From NCBI GenBank assembly GCA_903839985.1, contig CAIMEJ010000037.1:1-38078 (forward strand): a stretch of 38,078 bases of DNA, written 5' to 3'. This DNA is from an uncultured bacterium (GTDB taxonomy: Bacteria; Chlamydiota; Chlamydiia; Chlamydiales; VFKH01). This document shows positions 16,486 to 28,302 of this stretch, in pieces. Each line of letters begins with the position of its first letter. Position 1 is the first letter of the stretch. A program made the translations under genes and the position numbers. The notes below the pieces were generated by a model, which had not been told where the DNA came from, searched no databases, and was given only the letters and a program-made list of their open reading frames with translations.

Positions 16486-17955
16486 TTAAGGTGTATAATG
16501 AACACTCATAGCCCGCCAAGCTTCTTCGAATTCCCGACTTTTTTGTCCATGAGAAGAGAGTAAATCACGTACATTGCAAAAATGCTTATAGGCTTCTGTG
16601 TAGAGGATGCGGTCCAAAGAGAGAGATCCTAGCATAAACTCTACTTGTAAGCGATGGGGGTGAATAGCATGATAGCGCTGAAGGGTTTCAAGAGCTTCTT
16701 TAGGTCTATTTAATTTGAGATAAATATCTGTTAACTCAAGAAGGCCCTCTCTAAAGGCTGGATTTTTTTTCAGAGCTTCTTTGAGCAGCTGGCATTTGGC
16801 ACCAAGAGATTCTCTAGAGGGCTTGCTTTCCATAAAAAAGATGCGGAGAGTCTCTTCATTTACAGCTCCTTTAAGATAATCTTCTGCAAGTGTTAGCTGA
16901 TCAATTTGAGTGTTATCTTTTAAATGGATATTATCTTGTAAGTATTTTAGAGCGGCTTTCTTTTGCCCAGTAAGAGCCAGACACATCCCTTTTAGTTGCA
17001 TTAAGGTAGCATCATTTTTAACAAAAATTTCTGCTTTTTCATAGCAGGCAAGGGCTTTATCAAACTCTTGTGAACGTAGATAAACACTTGCTTCATTAAA
17101 AAAAATGAGACCAACAGCCTCTCTATTATTGCGCAGTTGCAGGGCTTTGACATTAATAGACTGATAGTGACGATCAGAGATGTCAACGCCTCTGGCTGTT
17201 GTTTCGATGTTGATGCGGCAGCCTTTATGGTCATAGCTACGCACATAGATGTGGCCTGGAGGGGTGATGATCTCGAGAGGCAGGCCTATACGCTCACCGA
17301 TAGCTAGGTATACAAATGAAGTACCAAGGCATATCCCCCGACTAGAATCAAGAACGGCCCCTAAAGAAGAGTAGCTATCGATATGCTTTTCGGAAAGAGA
17401 AAGAGGGGGGTAGCGCATTGCCATATCAAAGAAAACAAGCTGATTAATAGCCTCAATTTTTTTCTCGGGTAAGGAATTCAGGCCTTGAGGAAGTTTAGCT
17501 AAGGCTTTGAGGGCTAGCAGGTCGAGGGCTGCTTCATAGGAGCGTCTTTTAATATCATCCTCTAAAAGAAGGCCCCTTGAAATTTCAATCTCTTCTACGG
17601 GAAGTTCTAATATTTCTTGCCATGTCTTAACATAATGACCTTTAAGCTTGCGGTTAGGCAGATTTTGCGCTAGTTTCTCAATAAGGCAGAGGGTCTTTTC
17701 ATCAAAAAGAGCAGCTGGCTTAAAATTCGCTAGCTGGTCGAAAATATCTCTTGAAAGAGGCGGCATAATACCTAAAGAGGAATGCGAGCCAAGGAGCTGC
17801 CAAGCGCGGGCTAAAGCTTTGCGGCCTTCAGGAGAGTTTGGAAAGAGCTGAGAATAAGCTATCTGTGCATCTATATTACTACTGTCCATCGACTTATAAA
17901 TGCTTTTCTGTTCGCCAGTCGTCAATGCCAGGCTTAGTAGTAAAAAATTTATCAT
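16486..17955 (-). CDS. Exported transglutaminase-like (Transglut_core2/SirB1-like) protein with C-terminal TPR repeats
   Basis: Hydrophobic N-terminus MINFLLLSLALT; RGICLGTSFVYLAIGERIGLPL, PPGHIYVR, INIETT; TPR-like helices (EFDKALACYEKA, RPKEALETLQRY). ATGA overlap with the malQ stop. Confidence 0.75.
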   Translation of the reverse strand: MINFLLLSLALTTGEQKSIYKSMDSSNIDAQIAYSQLFPNSPEGRKALARAWQLLGSHSSLGIMPPLSRDIFDQLANFKPAALFDEKTLCLIEKLAQNLPNRKLKGHYVKTWQEILELPVEEIEISRGLLLEDDIKRRSYEAALDLLALKALAKLPQGLNSLPEKKIEAINQLVFFDMAMRYPPLSLSEKHIDSYSSLGAVLDSSRGICLGTSFVYLAIGERIGLPLEIITPPGHIYVRSYDHKGCRINIETTARGVDISDRHYQSINVKALQLRNNREAVGLIFFNEASVYLRSQEFDKALACYEKAEIFVKNDATLMQLKGMCLALTGQKKAALKYLQDNIHLKDNTQIDQLTLAEDYLKGAVNEETLRIFFMESKPSRESLGAKCQLLKEALKKNPAFREGLLELTDIYLKLNRPKEALETLQRYHAIHPHRLQVEFMLGSLSLDRILYTEAYKHFCNVRDLLSSHGQKSREFEEAWRAMSVHYTP

Positions 17956-19337
17956 ATCATTTTTTGCATCAGGCGGAGCAGCTCTTTATGTTCAAGGATC
18001 TCTTCAAGGAAAGGCTTTGTGCGATAACGCCAATTAGTATTATTGAGATGCCCTGGGATATTTATCCGCTCTAATGTGTCTTCATTATATACAAGTTCTT
18101 TAAAAAGAGCGAGATATTCTCCCAAAAGGTTGATATGAAAAAGACTGCTGCTTTGATGACTTTCTCGGAGAAGCTCAAACCGGGTAGCCTGATCTAAAGG
18201 TCTATTATTTTCTTTAGACCACCACTCTTGCAGCGTTTGGGAGTCGTGGGTAGATACAGTAGTCAGGCTACATACGGGGTAATCTTTTAAAGAGATAAAA
18301 GCCCCACCCTGATCCCAATACCGCTCCCAGCGTGGGACTTTTGTTCCGGGAATGCCATCTTCTGTAAGCGTAGAACGCACTTCAGGAGGAATAACACCCA
18401 GATCCTCGGCAATGGGTAAAAGTGGAGAGTCTTCTAAGAGCGCTTTCAAAAAAATCTGACCTTGTGGGAGCCAAACAGATTGTTCCGAGGGAATAAAGAA
18501 GCCTTCCTTAGCTTTTTTACCTTTTGGAATAGCCCATAACCGAAAAAGACCCACTACATGATCAATCCTGTAGAGATTATAATAAAAAGAAGCTGTTTTA
18601 AGCCGTTCTTTCCACCAGGTGAAATTATCTTCTTGCATAGCCTCAAAGCGGTGCAGAGGAAAGCCCCAGCATTGCCCCTCCTGTTCGTAGTAATCAGGAG
18701 GAGCTCCTGCATCATAGCGTTTATCAAAAAGAGCTGGGTGCTGCCATACTTCTGCGCTATCAGGGCTTACTAAAATGGGCAGATCCCCCATTAACTTAAT
18801 ATGAAGAGAAGAAGCCTCTTCTTGAAGCTCTTTCATCTCTTTATGTAAGAGATATTGGGTATAAGCATAAGCTAGAGCTTTTTCTTGATACTCTAGATAT
18901 AGAAGATCGTTATAGCCTTGCTCTTCCTGTGGCCATTCCCAAAAGGCTTTCTGGCTATTTTTTTCTTTTAAAACTTTAAAAAGACAGTAGGGCCTCAGCC
19001 AATAAGCACTCGTTTGTTGGAACTTCTTAAAATCAGGATCTTCTTTATCCAAAGGTTTTAAGGATTCAGGGGGTAGGAGTCCCGGATTTAAAGCGTGTGC
19101 TGAAACAATATTGTAGGGGCTTATATCTGTGCCACTATCATTAATTGGAAGAAGTTGGATAACATCAAAGCCCGTTTTTTTAAGCCAAGGGAGCAGCATT
19201 TTTAAAGATAGAATATCTCCTTGCAAAGAGTTGCGTCTTTTTAAGGAGGGGAGGAAAATATTAACACCGTGATGCTGTTGAACGCCTATTTTATGCCAAA
19301 GATCTTGACTCATTGGAGGGGGTGTAAAGGCGCTCAT
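17952..19337 (-). CDS. malQ: 4-alpha-glucanotransferase (amylomaltase, GH77)
   Basis: IQLLPINDSG..SPY, LMGDLPILVSPDSAEVW, AGAPPD, GQCWGFP, YRIDHVVGLFRLW, IAEDLG, STHDS, RINIPG...NWRYR. Confidence 0.95.
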   Translation of the reverse strand: MSAFTPPPMSQDLWHKIGVQQHHGVNIFLPSLKRRNSLQGDILSLKMLLPWLKKTGFDVIQLLPINDSGTDISPYNIVSAHALNPGLLPPESLKPLDKEDPDFKKFQQTSAYWLRPYCLFKVLKEKNSQKAFWEWPQEEQGYNDLLYLEYQEKALAYAYTQYLLHKEMKELQEEASSLHIKLMGDLPILVSPDSAEVWQHPALFDKRYDAGAPPDYYEQEGQCWGFPLHRFEAMQEDNFTWWKERLKTASFYYNLYRIDHVVGLFRLWAIPKGKKAKEGFFIPSEQSVWLPQGQIFLKALLEDSPLLPIAEDLGVIPPEVRSTLTEDGIPGTKVPRWERYWDQGGAFISLKDYPVCSLTTVSTHDSQTLQEWWSKENNRPLDQATRFELLRESHQSSSLFHINLLGEYLALFKELVYNEDTLERINIPGHLNNTNWRYRTKPFLEEILEHKELLRLMQKMI

Positions 19338-19783
19338 TTTGACATATTAAAAATAGAGGGGCCTGAACTAGAGCGAGTGGAAGGAATAGAAGGAATAACC
19401 TGGTTTTTAAGAGCCGTTACCCAGGGAAGAGCCCTTTCGCTCAGGGCGCGTACAAGCTCACAAAGGTGATTTGCGGGGAGCTCGTCAAAGGGTTTTTTGA
19501 TGAAGAGGGTCAAGGCTTTTTTCTTGAGGGAAAAGGCAAAAACACCTATTTCCGGAAGATGATTATTTTTGAGGGCTTCTATTAAAATTTGTTCTCGATA
19601 TCTTCCAGGAGAAACCTCTCCTAATAAAGAGCCTATGATTAAAAATTCGCTACTTTTATCAAGTTCAAGCTGGATCTTCACTCCATTTGTAAAGAGGATC
19701 ATACAGGTAGAGTGTTCATCGGGTACAAGATCAGAACCTAGTAGAGTGCCTAGTTCTTTGAGCAAATCTTCAAACGGGTTCAT
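19334..19783 (-). CDS. scc1: Type III secretion chaperone, CesT/SycE family (chlamydial Scc1)
   Basis: 149 aa, FEDLLKELG..L...LVPD...TC, IQLELD, EALKNN; positioned between copN and malQ as in Chlamydia. Confidence 0.85.
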   Translation of the reverse strand: MNPFEDLLKELGTLLGSDLVPDEHSTCMILFTNGVKIQLELDKSSEFLIIGSLLGEVSPGRYREQILIEALKNNHLPEIGVFAFSLKKKALTLFIKKPFDELPANHLCELVRALSERALPWVTALKNQVIPSIPSTRSSSGPSIFNMSK

Positions 19784-20888
19784 CTTCCGCCTCCAGCGTT
19801 GTTAGTGCTTCTATGATAGCTTTGAAGAGCTCATCACGCGTTTCCATGCTTTTATAGAGACGAGGGGAGACACTACGGACGGCATCACGATATTGGCTAA
19901 TTAAGATAATAAGCGGAGGTTTATCGTGAGGAAGCCCCAATTTTTCACTCAAAGCGATAATTTTAGTGCCAGCAGGATAGCGATCTTCCACTAGCTTCAT
20001 ATAATTTTGAGCCATCGTCTCAAAGGTGAGGTTCTTGGGAAGTGTAATGCCCAGATCTGCTAACTGCTTATTGACTAAACCCATACGGCTTTGGAAAAAG
20101 CGGTAAACGCCTAAAATAGATTGGAGGGAGCGAGCTTCTGTAAAGAGTCTAGAAAGCTCACCTCTTTCTATCGAGGGGCCTTTGGCTTTAAGATCACGTC
20201 CTAGTGAATTAAGAAGAAATTTTATTACATCCTTAAGTTGTTGAAAATTATAGCTTTGAGTAAGTTCTCCAAAGAGAGCATTAGGGGCCCTTGGATTTCC
20301 AGTGATATCGCGGTAAAGATCTTTTAAGTTTGCAGTTGACCCAAGGCCCAGCTTAGAAAATTCCTGGGCTGTGCTCGCAATGTTTTTACCAGCTATAATT
20401 TCTCTGCCAAATTGCTTGTTAAAGCCTTCTTTAGCATCTTTAATTGTTGTTTGGAGATTACCCTCCGTATTTTCCATTAAGAAACTAAGAGCTTCGTCGG
20501 CTAGTGATTTATCAGGAAAATAATCGAGAACTTTTTTAAGGATTTCATGTTGTTCATCACCATCTTTCAAAGATTGAAGCAGCTGTTTTAAGCTACGGGC
20601 ACCCATCTCTGGATTCTTCTGCTGATAACGTAGGGCCGCATCATCTACGGACGACCCGGCTGTAACTGCTTTGATTTCTTGAGCAAGCTTTTTAATGTCT
20701 GGCGCTCGCTCTTCTAGAGAGCGCCTATTTTTTTTCTCCTGATCTGCAGCCCAAGGATTAAAAACATCTTCACATGATTCTGCGAAGCTCTCCGTTGCTC
20801 CTACTTGAGTAGCCTCCGTTGATTGAGCTTTTGCATTTGCTTCTTTCTGATCAACCCTTACTACATTTACAGAATCAATATCACCCAT
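19770..20888 (-). CDS. copN: Type III secretion gatekeeper CopN (SctW/YopN family)
   Basis: SLADEALSFL, GREIIAGKNI, LKDLYRDIT, LGRDLKAKGPSI, LQSILGVYRFF, YRDAVRSVSPRLY; downstream of cdsV. Confidence 0.9.
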   Translation of the reverse strand: MGDIDSVNVVRVDQKEANAKAQSTEATQVGATESFAESCEDVFNPWAADQEKKNRRSLEERAPDIKKLAQEIKAVTAGSSVDDAALRYQQKNPEMGARSLKQLLQSLKDGDEQHEILKKVLDYFPDKSLADEALSFLMENTEGNLQTTIKDAKEGFNKQFGREIIAGKNIASTAQEFSKLGLGSTANLKDLYRDITGNPRAPNALFGELTQSYNFQQLKDVIKFLLNSLGRDLKAKGPSIERGELSRLFTEARSLQSILGVYRFFQSRMGLVNKQLADLGITLPKNLTFETMAQNYMKLVEDRYPAGTKIIALSEKLGLPHDKPPLIILISQYRDAVRSVSPRLYKSMETRDELFKAIIEALTTLEAEDEPV

Positions 20889-20894
20889 ATTTTC

Positions 20895-20923
20895 AAAATA
20901 ACGACTTAATAGGTCCTTGTCAA
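20895..20923 (-). promoter_or_regulatory. Putative internal sigma66 promoter for copN-scc1-malQ
   Basis: Minus strand TTGACA (20923-20918), 17 nt, TATTTT (20900-20895), 6 nt, then ATG of copN. Confidence 0.65.
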
Positions 20924-20949
20924 CTTGGAACGTAGATTAGAAGAGGAAA

Positions 20950-23076
20950 TCAAGCAATTTGGATGCGGCCTAGAGGCTGAATACGGATTTCAGGAATGAT
21001 CTCTTGATAGGAAACAACAGCAATTTCGGGGAACTCCATTTCAACGAGTTTGCGCACAAAGCGGCGTACATCGATTGCAGTAAGAAGAACAGGGGGTTGG
21101 CTCCTAGCACTAGCTGGGGCAATTGTTGTGCGCATAGCTTGAAGTATTAACTGAACAGAATCAGGATCCAGTGCTAAGTAAGATCCTGCAGAGGTCTGTT
21201 TAATGGCCCCACGAATCATGTCCTCAATTTCGGGATCTAGGAGGTAGACAGCAAGGGTTGTCTGCCCTTGCGAGTGTTTAAAGCTGATATAGCGCTTCAA
21301 GGAGGACCGCACATATTCTGTGAGCAGAACAGTATCTTTTTCCGATTGAGCCCATTCACTAAGAGCTTCCAAGATTGTCCGCAGATCTTTAATAGAGACC
21401 TGTTCCTGCGCTAGGCGTTTAAAAATCTCCGTCATTTTTTGAAGAGGAACAAGGCGTGTTACCTCTTTAACAAGATCAGGAAAAGATTTTTCTACAAATT
21501 CTAGCATAGAGCGCACTTCCTGAATCCCCAGGAATTCGCTAGAATAATGTCTAAAGAAGTAGGAGAGGTGAAGGATTATTACTTCCAGGGGCTTCCAAAA
21601 TTTTATGCTGGCCTTTTGGAGGATATCAATATATTTATCTTCCACCCACATCGTTGGTAATCCAAGCGATGATTTATAGGCTTTAGCAGGAATATTGTAG
21701 CGCAGTAAGTTTTCCTGACTCTCATTACAGAGGACATGCCTTAAAAAGACGCGGCCACGAATAATTGGTACTTCATTGAGTAAGATAGCGTATTCGTCTT
21801 CTTCAAGTGTTTGTGAATCAGTGCGTACATGGACACCTGGATAGCGAATGCCCATATCTTGATAAAGGGCTAGGCGCATTTTGGGGATCATGTCATCGAC
21901 AAAGATTTGGCCAGTTTTATCTTGAATCAGTTTTGATACGCTGCTGGCTAATTCCAAGATAACGGGCAAGGTAAGGGCAAAATCTTCCTTTCCAGGAGTA
22001 ATAACTTTATGCCCTTCTGTATCCGTTTCTATAAGCCCTTCACCTCCGGAGGCTAAAGCTTTAGCTTCGGCTTTTTTCTCATTAGACCAGAGCTTGTAAC
22101 CAATACCGCCAACAATAGAGGCAAGTACGATAAAGATAGTTGTTGGAAATCCGGGGATAAGACCCATGAATACAAGAATACCACCGGCAATCATCATCGC
22201 TTTGGGTTGCTTGAAGATCTGTGTGGAGATCTCTTTACCCAGATTTGTATCGCGGCGATCACTTGAAACACGTGTGGTGACAATACCCGCAGTTACGGAG
22301 ATAAGGAAGGAGGGTATAATGGAAACAAGACCATCACCAATAGATAGAAGAGAGTAGGTTTTTGCTGCTTGCATAGCCGTCATACCATGCATAGCAACCC
22401 CGATAATAAGGCCTCCGACGACGTTGATAATGGTAATAATCATGCCGGCAATAACGTCACCCTTCACGAATTTCATAGCACCATCCATGGCACCATAAAG
22501 CTCACTTTCTCTTTGGATCACGGCACGTTTTTCACGGGCTTGATTTGCATCTAGGACACCAGCTCTCATATCCGCGTCAATACTCATCTGTTTACCAGGC
22601 ATAGCATCTAAACGGAATCTTGCTGCTACCTCAGCAACCCGCTCAGCACCCTTTGTGATAACGATAAATTGCACGACGATGATGATAAGAAAGATGATAC
22701 CACCAACAACAAAGTTTCCTCCCACAACGAATTGACCGAAGGCTTGAATAATATGTCCGGCGTAGGCATGGAGAAGAATCTGCCTAGTAGAGGAGATGTT
22801 AATTCCAAGACGAAAAAGAGTTGTTATAAGCAGAAGAGAGGGGAATACAGACAGTTGCAAAGCACTGGAGACATAAATAGCCACCATCAAAAGACCGATA
22901 GCTGCGGCTAAGTTAAAAGCGATGACCATGTCGATAAAGAAAGGAGGGATCGGAATGATCATCATGGCAATAATTGCCACAATCCAGGCAGCAAGAATTA
23001 GATCACTTGACTTGGTGATTAAGGCCAGTATTTTATCACTGCCTATTTTTTTGGATAGATCAGATATAAGACTCAA
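20950..23076 (-). CDS. cdsV: Type III secretion export gate protein CdsV (SctV/LcrD)
   Basis: FPSLLLITTLFRLGINISSTR, VITKGAERVAEVAARFRLDAMPGKQMSIDAD, LYGAMDGAMKFVKGD, LGIQEVR, DVRRFVRKL, VSYQEI. Confidence 0.97.
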   Translation of the reverse strand: MSLISDLSKKIGSDKILALITKSSDLILAAWIVAIIAMMIIPIPPFFIDMVIAFNLAAAIGLLMVAIYVSSALQLSVFPSLLLITTLFRLGINISSTRQILLHAYAGHIIQAFGQFVVGGNFVVGGIIFLIIIVVQFIVITKGAERVAEVAARFRLDAMPGKQMSIDADMRAGVLDANQAREKRAVIQRESELYGAMDGAMKFVKGDVIAGMIITIINVVGGLIIGVAMHGMTAMQAAKTYSLLSIGDGLVSIIPSFLISVTAGIVTTRVSSDRRDTNLGKEISTQIFKQPKAMMIAGGILVFMGLIPGFPTTIFIVLASIVGGIGYKLWSNEKKAEAKALASGGEGLIETDTEGHKVITPGKEDFALTLPVILELASSVSKLIQDKTGQIFVDDMIPKMRLALYQDMGIRYPGVHVRTDSQTLEEDEYAILLNEVPIIRGRVFLRHVLCNESQENLLRYNIPAKAYKSSLGLPTMWVEDKYIDILQKASIKFWKPLEVIILHLSYFFRHYSSEFLGIQEVRSMLEFVEKSFPDLVKEVTRLVPLQKMTEIFKRLAQEQVSIKDLRTILEALSEWAQSEKDTVLLTEYVRSSLKRYISFKHSQGQTTLAVYLLDPEIEDMIRGAIKQTSAGSYLALDPDSVQLILQAMRTTIAPASARSQPPVLLTAIDVRRFVRKLVEMEFPEIAVVSYQEIIPEIRIQPLGRIQIA

Positions 23077-23079
23077 AAA

Positions 23080-24129
23080 CTATTCCTCTTCTTCAATTGT
23101 GCCAATAACACGTAAAATTTCTGCTACAGCCTCATACGTTTCGGGAGGAATATAATTATAAATTTTCCCCATTTCGAAAAGAGTGCGGGCTAGCGGGACA
23201 TCTCGCATAATAGGCACACCCCATTTATCTGCTTCTTTTATAATGCTTTCTGCAATTAAATCCAGCCCTTTTGCAAGAATAAAGGGAGCCGCATATTTCT
23301 TGGGCTCATAACCAATGGCTATGGCAACATGGGAGGGGTTGGTAACCACGGCTTTAGCTCTTCTCACGGCAGAGGGTCCCTCATCATAGGCGATTTCCTG
23401 TGCTATATGTCGGCGTCGCCCTTTAATTTCTGGATTACCCTCGCTATCTTTATACTCTTGTTTAACCTCGAATTTTTCCATCTTCATTTCTTTCGCAAAG
23501 ACCTGTTTTTGATAAATTAAGTCAAAAATAGCGATGATAATAAAGAAAAAGCCTACATGTATAACGACTTGTTTAAGAAAAGAACCATAAAGAATAGCCG
23601 TTTGGTAAAGAGGGAGCCCAGCTGTTTGAATGACTTCTGCAATACTCACCTTTACAATAAAATAGATCAGAATTCCAGCAATTCCAATTTTGAGGAGAGA
23701 TTTAAGAAGCTCGATAACCGTTTTCATTTTGAATTTTTGCTTCAAATTATCGATAGGATTCAGCTTTTTAAAGCTCGGTTTCATCGCTTCTAAGGAAAAG
23801 ACTGGGCCAACAGTAATAAAACTTGTAAGACAGCCAATAAGAGCTACAAGGCCGACGATAGGGGCGGAGGTAATGAGAATGACATTCAATCCCTCAAAAC
23901 AAAGGGCACGTAAAGCATTTTGTAGATCCCCTGTAGAGGTCATAGCATGAAAGCAGATGAGAAGAAAGGCAGCCAGCTTTTGAAAGATCATATTGGTAAG
24001 TCCAAGCGTTAAAGCAACAGCTGTAATAAAGGTGATAGCAGAAGAAAAATCCTGGGCTTTAGCTACTTGACCCTTTTTACGGGCGTCTCGTAGCTTCTTC
24101 GGGGTAGCCTTTTCACTTTTTTCAGCCAT
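23080..24129 (-). CDS. cdsU: Type III secretion switch protein CdsU (SctU/YscU)
   Basis: EKSEKATPKKLRDARKKGQVAK, MKMEKFEVKQEYKDSEGNPEIKGRRR, autocleavage-site variant VVTNPSH, VPLARTLF. Confidence 0.96.
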   Translation of the reverse strand: MAEKSEKATPKKLRDARKKGQVAKAQDFSSAITFITAVALTLGLTNMIFQKLAAFLLICFHAMTSTGDLQNALRALCFEGLNVILITSAPIVGLVALIGCLTSFITVGPVFSLEAMKPSFKKLNPIDNLKQKFKMKTVIELLKSLLKIGIAGILIYFIVKVSIAEVIQTAGLPLYQTAILYGSFLKQVVIHVGFFFIIIAIFDLIYQKQVFAKEMKMEKFEVKQEYKDSEGNPEIKGRRRHIAQEIAYDEGPSAVRRAKAVVTNPSHVAIAIGYEPKKYAAPFILAKGLDLIAESIIKEADKWGVPIMRDVPLARTLFEMGKIYNYIPPETYEAVAEILRVIGTIEEEE

Positions 24130-24157
24130 CTTAGCTCACGATTTCCTCTTTGGTTCT

Positions 24158-24186
24158 GTTATATAGAGTGTCTGTAGAAATCTCAA
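24158..24186 (-). promoter_or_regulatory. Putative sigma66 promoter of the cdsU operon
   Basis: Minus strand TTGAGA (24186-24181)-N17-TATAAC (24163-24158), followed by AGAGGA SD and ATG 24129. Confidence 0.6.
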
Positions 24187-24374
24187 GAGTTTAAGAGGTT
24201 AATCGAGAAAGGGATGAGCTCTTCAATAAAAAAATAGGTGATATGCATTTTGTTTTATCTGACTATTTATAATCTATTTTTTAAATAATTTATTGTAATG
24301 ATCTTCATGATCTAAATGAAAATGTACCTTTTATCAAAGGTAAAAAATAGAGGATTCAGGTATGCTCTTTGCCT

Positions 24375-25460
24375 ATGACATCATGTGGTATTGTGGGCCT
24401 ACCGAATGTAGGCAAATCAACTCTTTTTAATGCGTTAACTGGCAATCAAGTAGACGCTGCAAACTATCCTTTTTGCACAATTGATCCCAATGTGGGAATA
24501 GTGCCGGTGCCCGATGAACGGCTTCCTGTCTTATCGAAAATGTCGGGCAGTAAAAAGCTGATTCCGGCTGTTACGACTTTTGTGGATATTGCCGGCCTTG
24601 TAGCAGGTGCTTCTAGTGGAGAAGGTCTTGGAAACCAATTTTTAACTAATATTAGAGAGACAGATGCAATCGTCCATGTAGTGCGCTGTTTTGAGGGCGA
24701 TGTTATTCACGTAAGTGGAGGTGTTGATCCGATTAGAGATATCGAAGTCATTAACATTGAGCTTGTTTTGTCAGACCTTCAAATGGTTAGCAATGTTTTG
24801 CCAAGGCTTGAGAAAAATGCGCGTGGCAATAAAGAGGCTCTAGCTACTATCGAAGTCCTTAAAAAAATTCAGTCCCATCTTAATGAAAATAAGCCTGTAA
24901 GAAGTTTGGCTCTGACGGAAGAAGAAAAGGCCTCTATTCACATCTATCCCTTTTTGACTGCTAAAAAAGTTCTGTACCTTGCAAATGTGGGCGAAGAAGA
25001 TCTGCCTGACATGAACAATGTTTATGTCGAGCGCGTTCGGGCTTATGCAGCAGCCGAAGGTAATGAGGTTGTTCCTATTTGTGCTAAATTAGAAAGTGAA
25101 TTAGCGCAGTTAGAGGAAAAAGATCGGCAGGAACTTCTGGAATCTCTGGGGCTTCAAGAACCAGGGCTTAACCGTTTGATTAAAGCAGCCTTTAAGATGC
25201 TTGGTCTGATTAATTTTTTGACAACTGGTGAGCAAGAGACAAGAGCTTGGACTATCAAAGCCCATACCAAAGCTCCTGAAGCAGCAGGTAAAATTCACGG
25301 AGATCTACAAAAAGGCTTTATCCGTGCCGAGGTAGCCTCTTTTGATGATATGGTAAAATATGGTAGCCGCAATGGCGCTCGAGAAGCTGGCCGTCTACGT
25401 AGTGAAGGCAAGGACTACGTTGTGCAAGACGGGGATGTTATTGTTTTCTTGCATAACTAA
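24375..25460 (+). CDS. ychF: Ribosome-binding ATPase YchF (Obg family)
   Basis: [70 protein letters not shown] 24375 preferred over TTG 24369. Confidence 0.97.
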   Translation: MTSCGIVGLPNVGKSTLFNALTGNQVDAANYPFCTIDPNVGIVPVPDERLPVLSKMSGSKKLIPAVTTFVDIAGLVAGASSGEGLGNQFLTNIRETDAIVHVVRCFEGDVIHVSGGVDPIRDIEVINIELVLSDLQMVSNVLPRLEKNARGNKEALATIEVLKKIQSHLNENKPVRSLALTEEEKASIHIYPFLTAKKVLYLANVGEEDLPDMNNVYVERVRAYAAAEGNEVVPICAKLESELAQLEEKDRQELLESLGLQEPGLNRLIKAAFKMLGLINFLTTGEQETRAWTIKAHTKAPEAAGKIHGDLQKGFIRAEVASFDDMVKYGSRNGAREAGRLRSEGKDYVVQDGDVIVFLHN

Positions 25461-25478
25461 AAATAGCATCTATTCTGA

Positions 25479-25519
25479 TTGATCTAATGCGGCTAATTGC
25501 CTATACTCCGCCCGGGCGG
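25479..25519 (+). promoter_or_regulatory. Putative sigma66 promoter of the dciA-gyrB-gyrA-tmk-holB operon with all-GC palindromic discriminator
   Basis: TTGATC (25479-25484)-N17-TATACT (25502-25507), directly followed by perfect palindrome ccgcccgggcgg (25508-25519). Confidence 0.65.
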
Positions 25520-25523
25520 TTTG

Positions 25524-25862
25524 ATGGTTTTTATGATTGAGAGAACAAGAAAGAATTATGATGGGCAAGAGCCTACAGGAAAGGTTCTTTCACGTATTTT
25601 GCCCACAGCTTTACAGGAGATTTCCGCCCAGGCGGATAAGAGACCAGAACTTGTTCTAGCAGCCTGGCCCGAGCTGATAGGTCCTAAGTTTTCCAGCATG
25701 GCCACAGTAATAGAATTCTTTGAGGGACAGTTGTTTGTGAAAGTAACCAATTCAAGCCTCTACGCTCTTTTACAACAACATGAAAAGCCTCGCCTTTTAA
25801 ACGCTCTTAGAAAGAAATTTCCTAAAACAGAGATTCGCAACATTGTATTTCGGATGGGTTAG
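25524..25862 (+). CDS. DUF721/DciA-family protein
   Basis: VLAAWPELIG, GQLFVKVTNSSLYALL, LLNALRKKFP..IRNIVFR; directly upstream of gyrB. Start at ATG 25524 or 25533, since the track's TTG 25497 lies inside the promoter. Confidence 0.8.
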   Translation: MVFMIERTRKNYDGQEPTGKVLSRILPTALQEISAQADKRPELVLAAWPELIGPKFSSMATVIEFFEGQLFVKVTNSSLYALLQQHEKPRLLNALRKKFPKTEIRNIVFRMG

Positions 25863-28292
<2,430 letters not shown>

Positions 28293-28302
28293 GAAGAACG
28301 TT

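Noticed and set aside
20950-24129. Flagellar flhA/flhB assignment
   Set aside because: Adjacent copN and scc1 and the sequence features indicate injectisome SctV/SctU.
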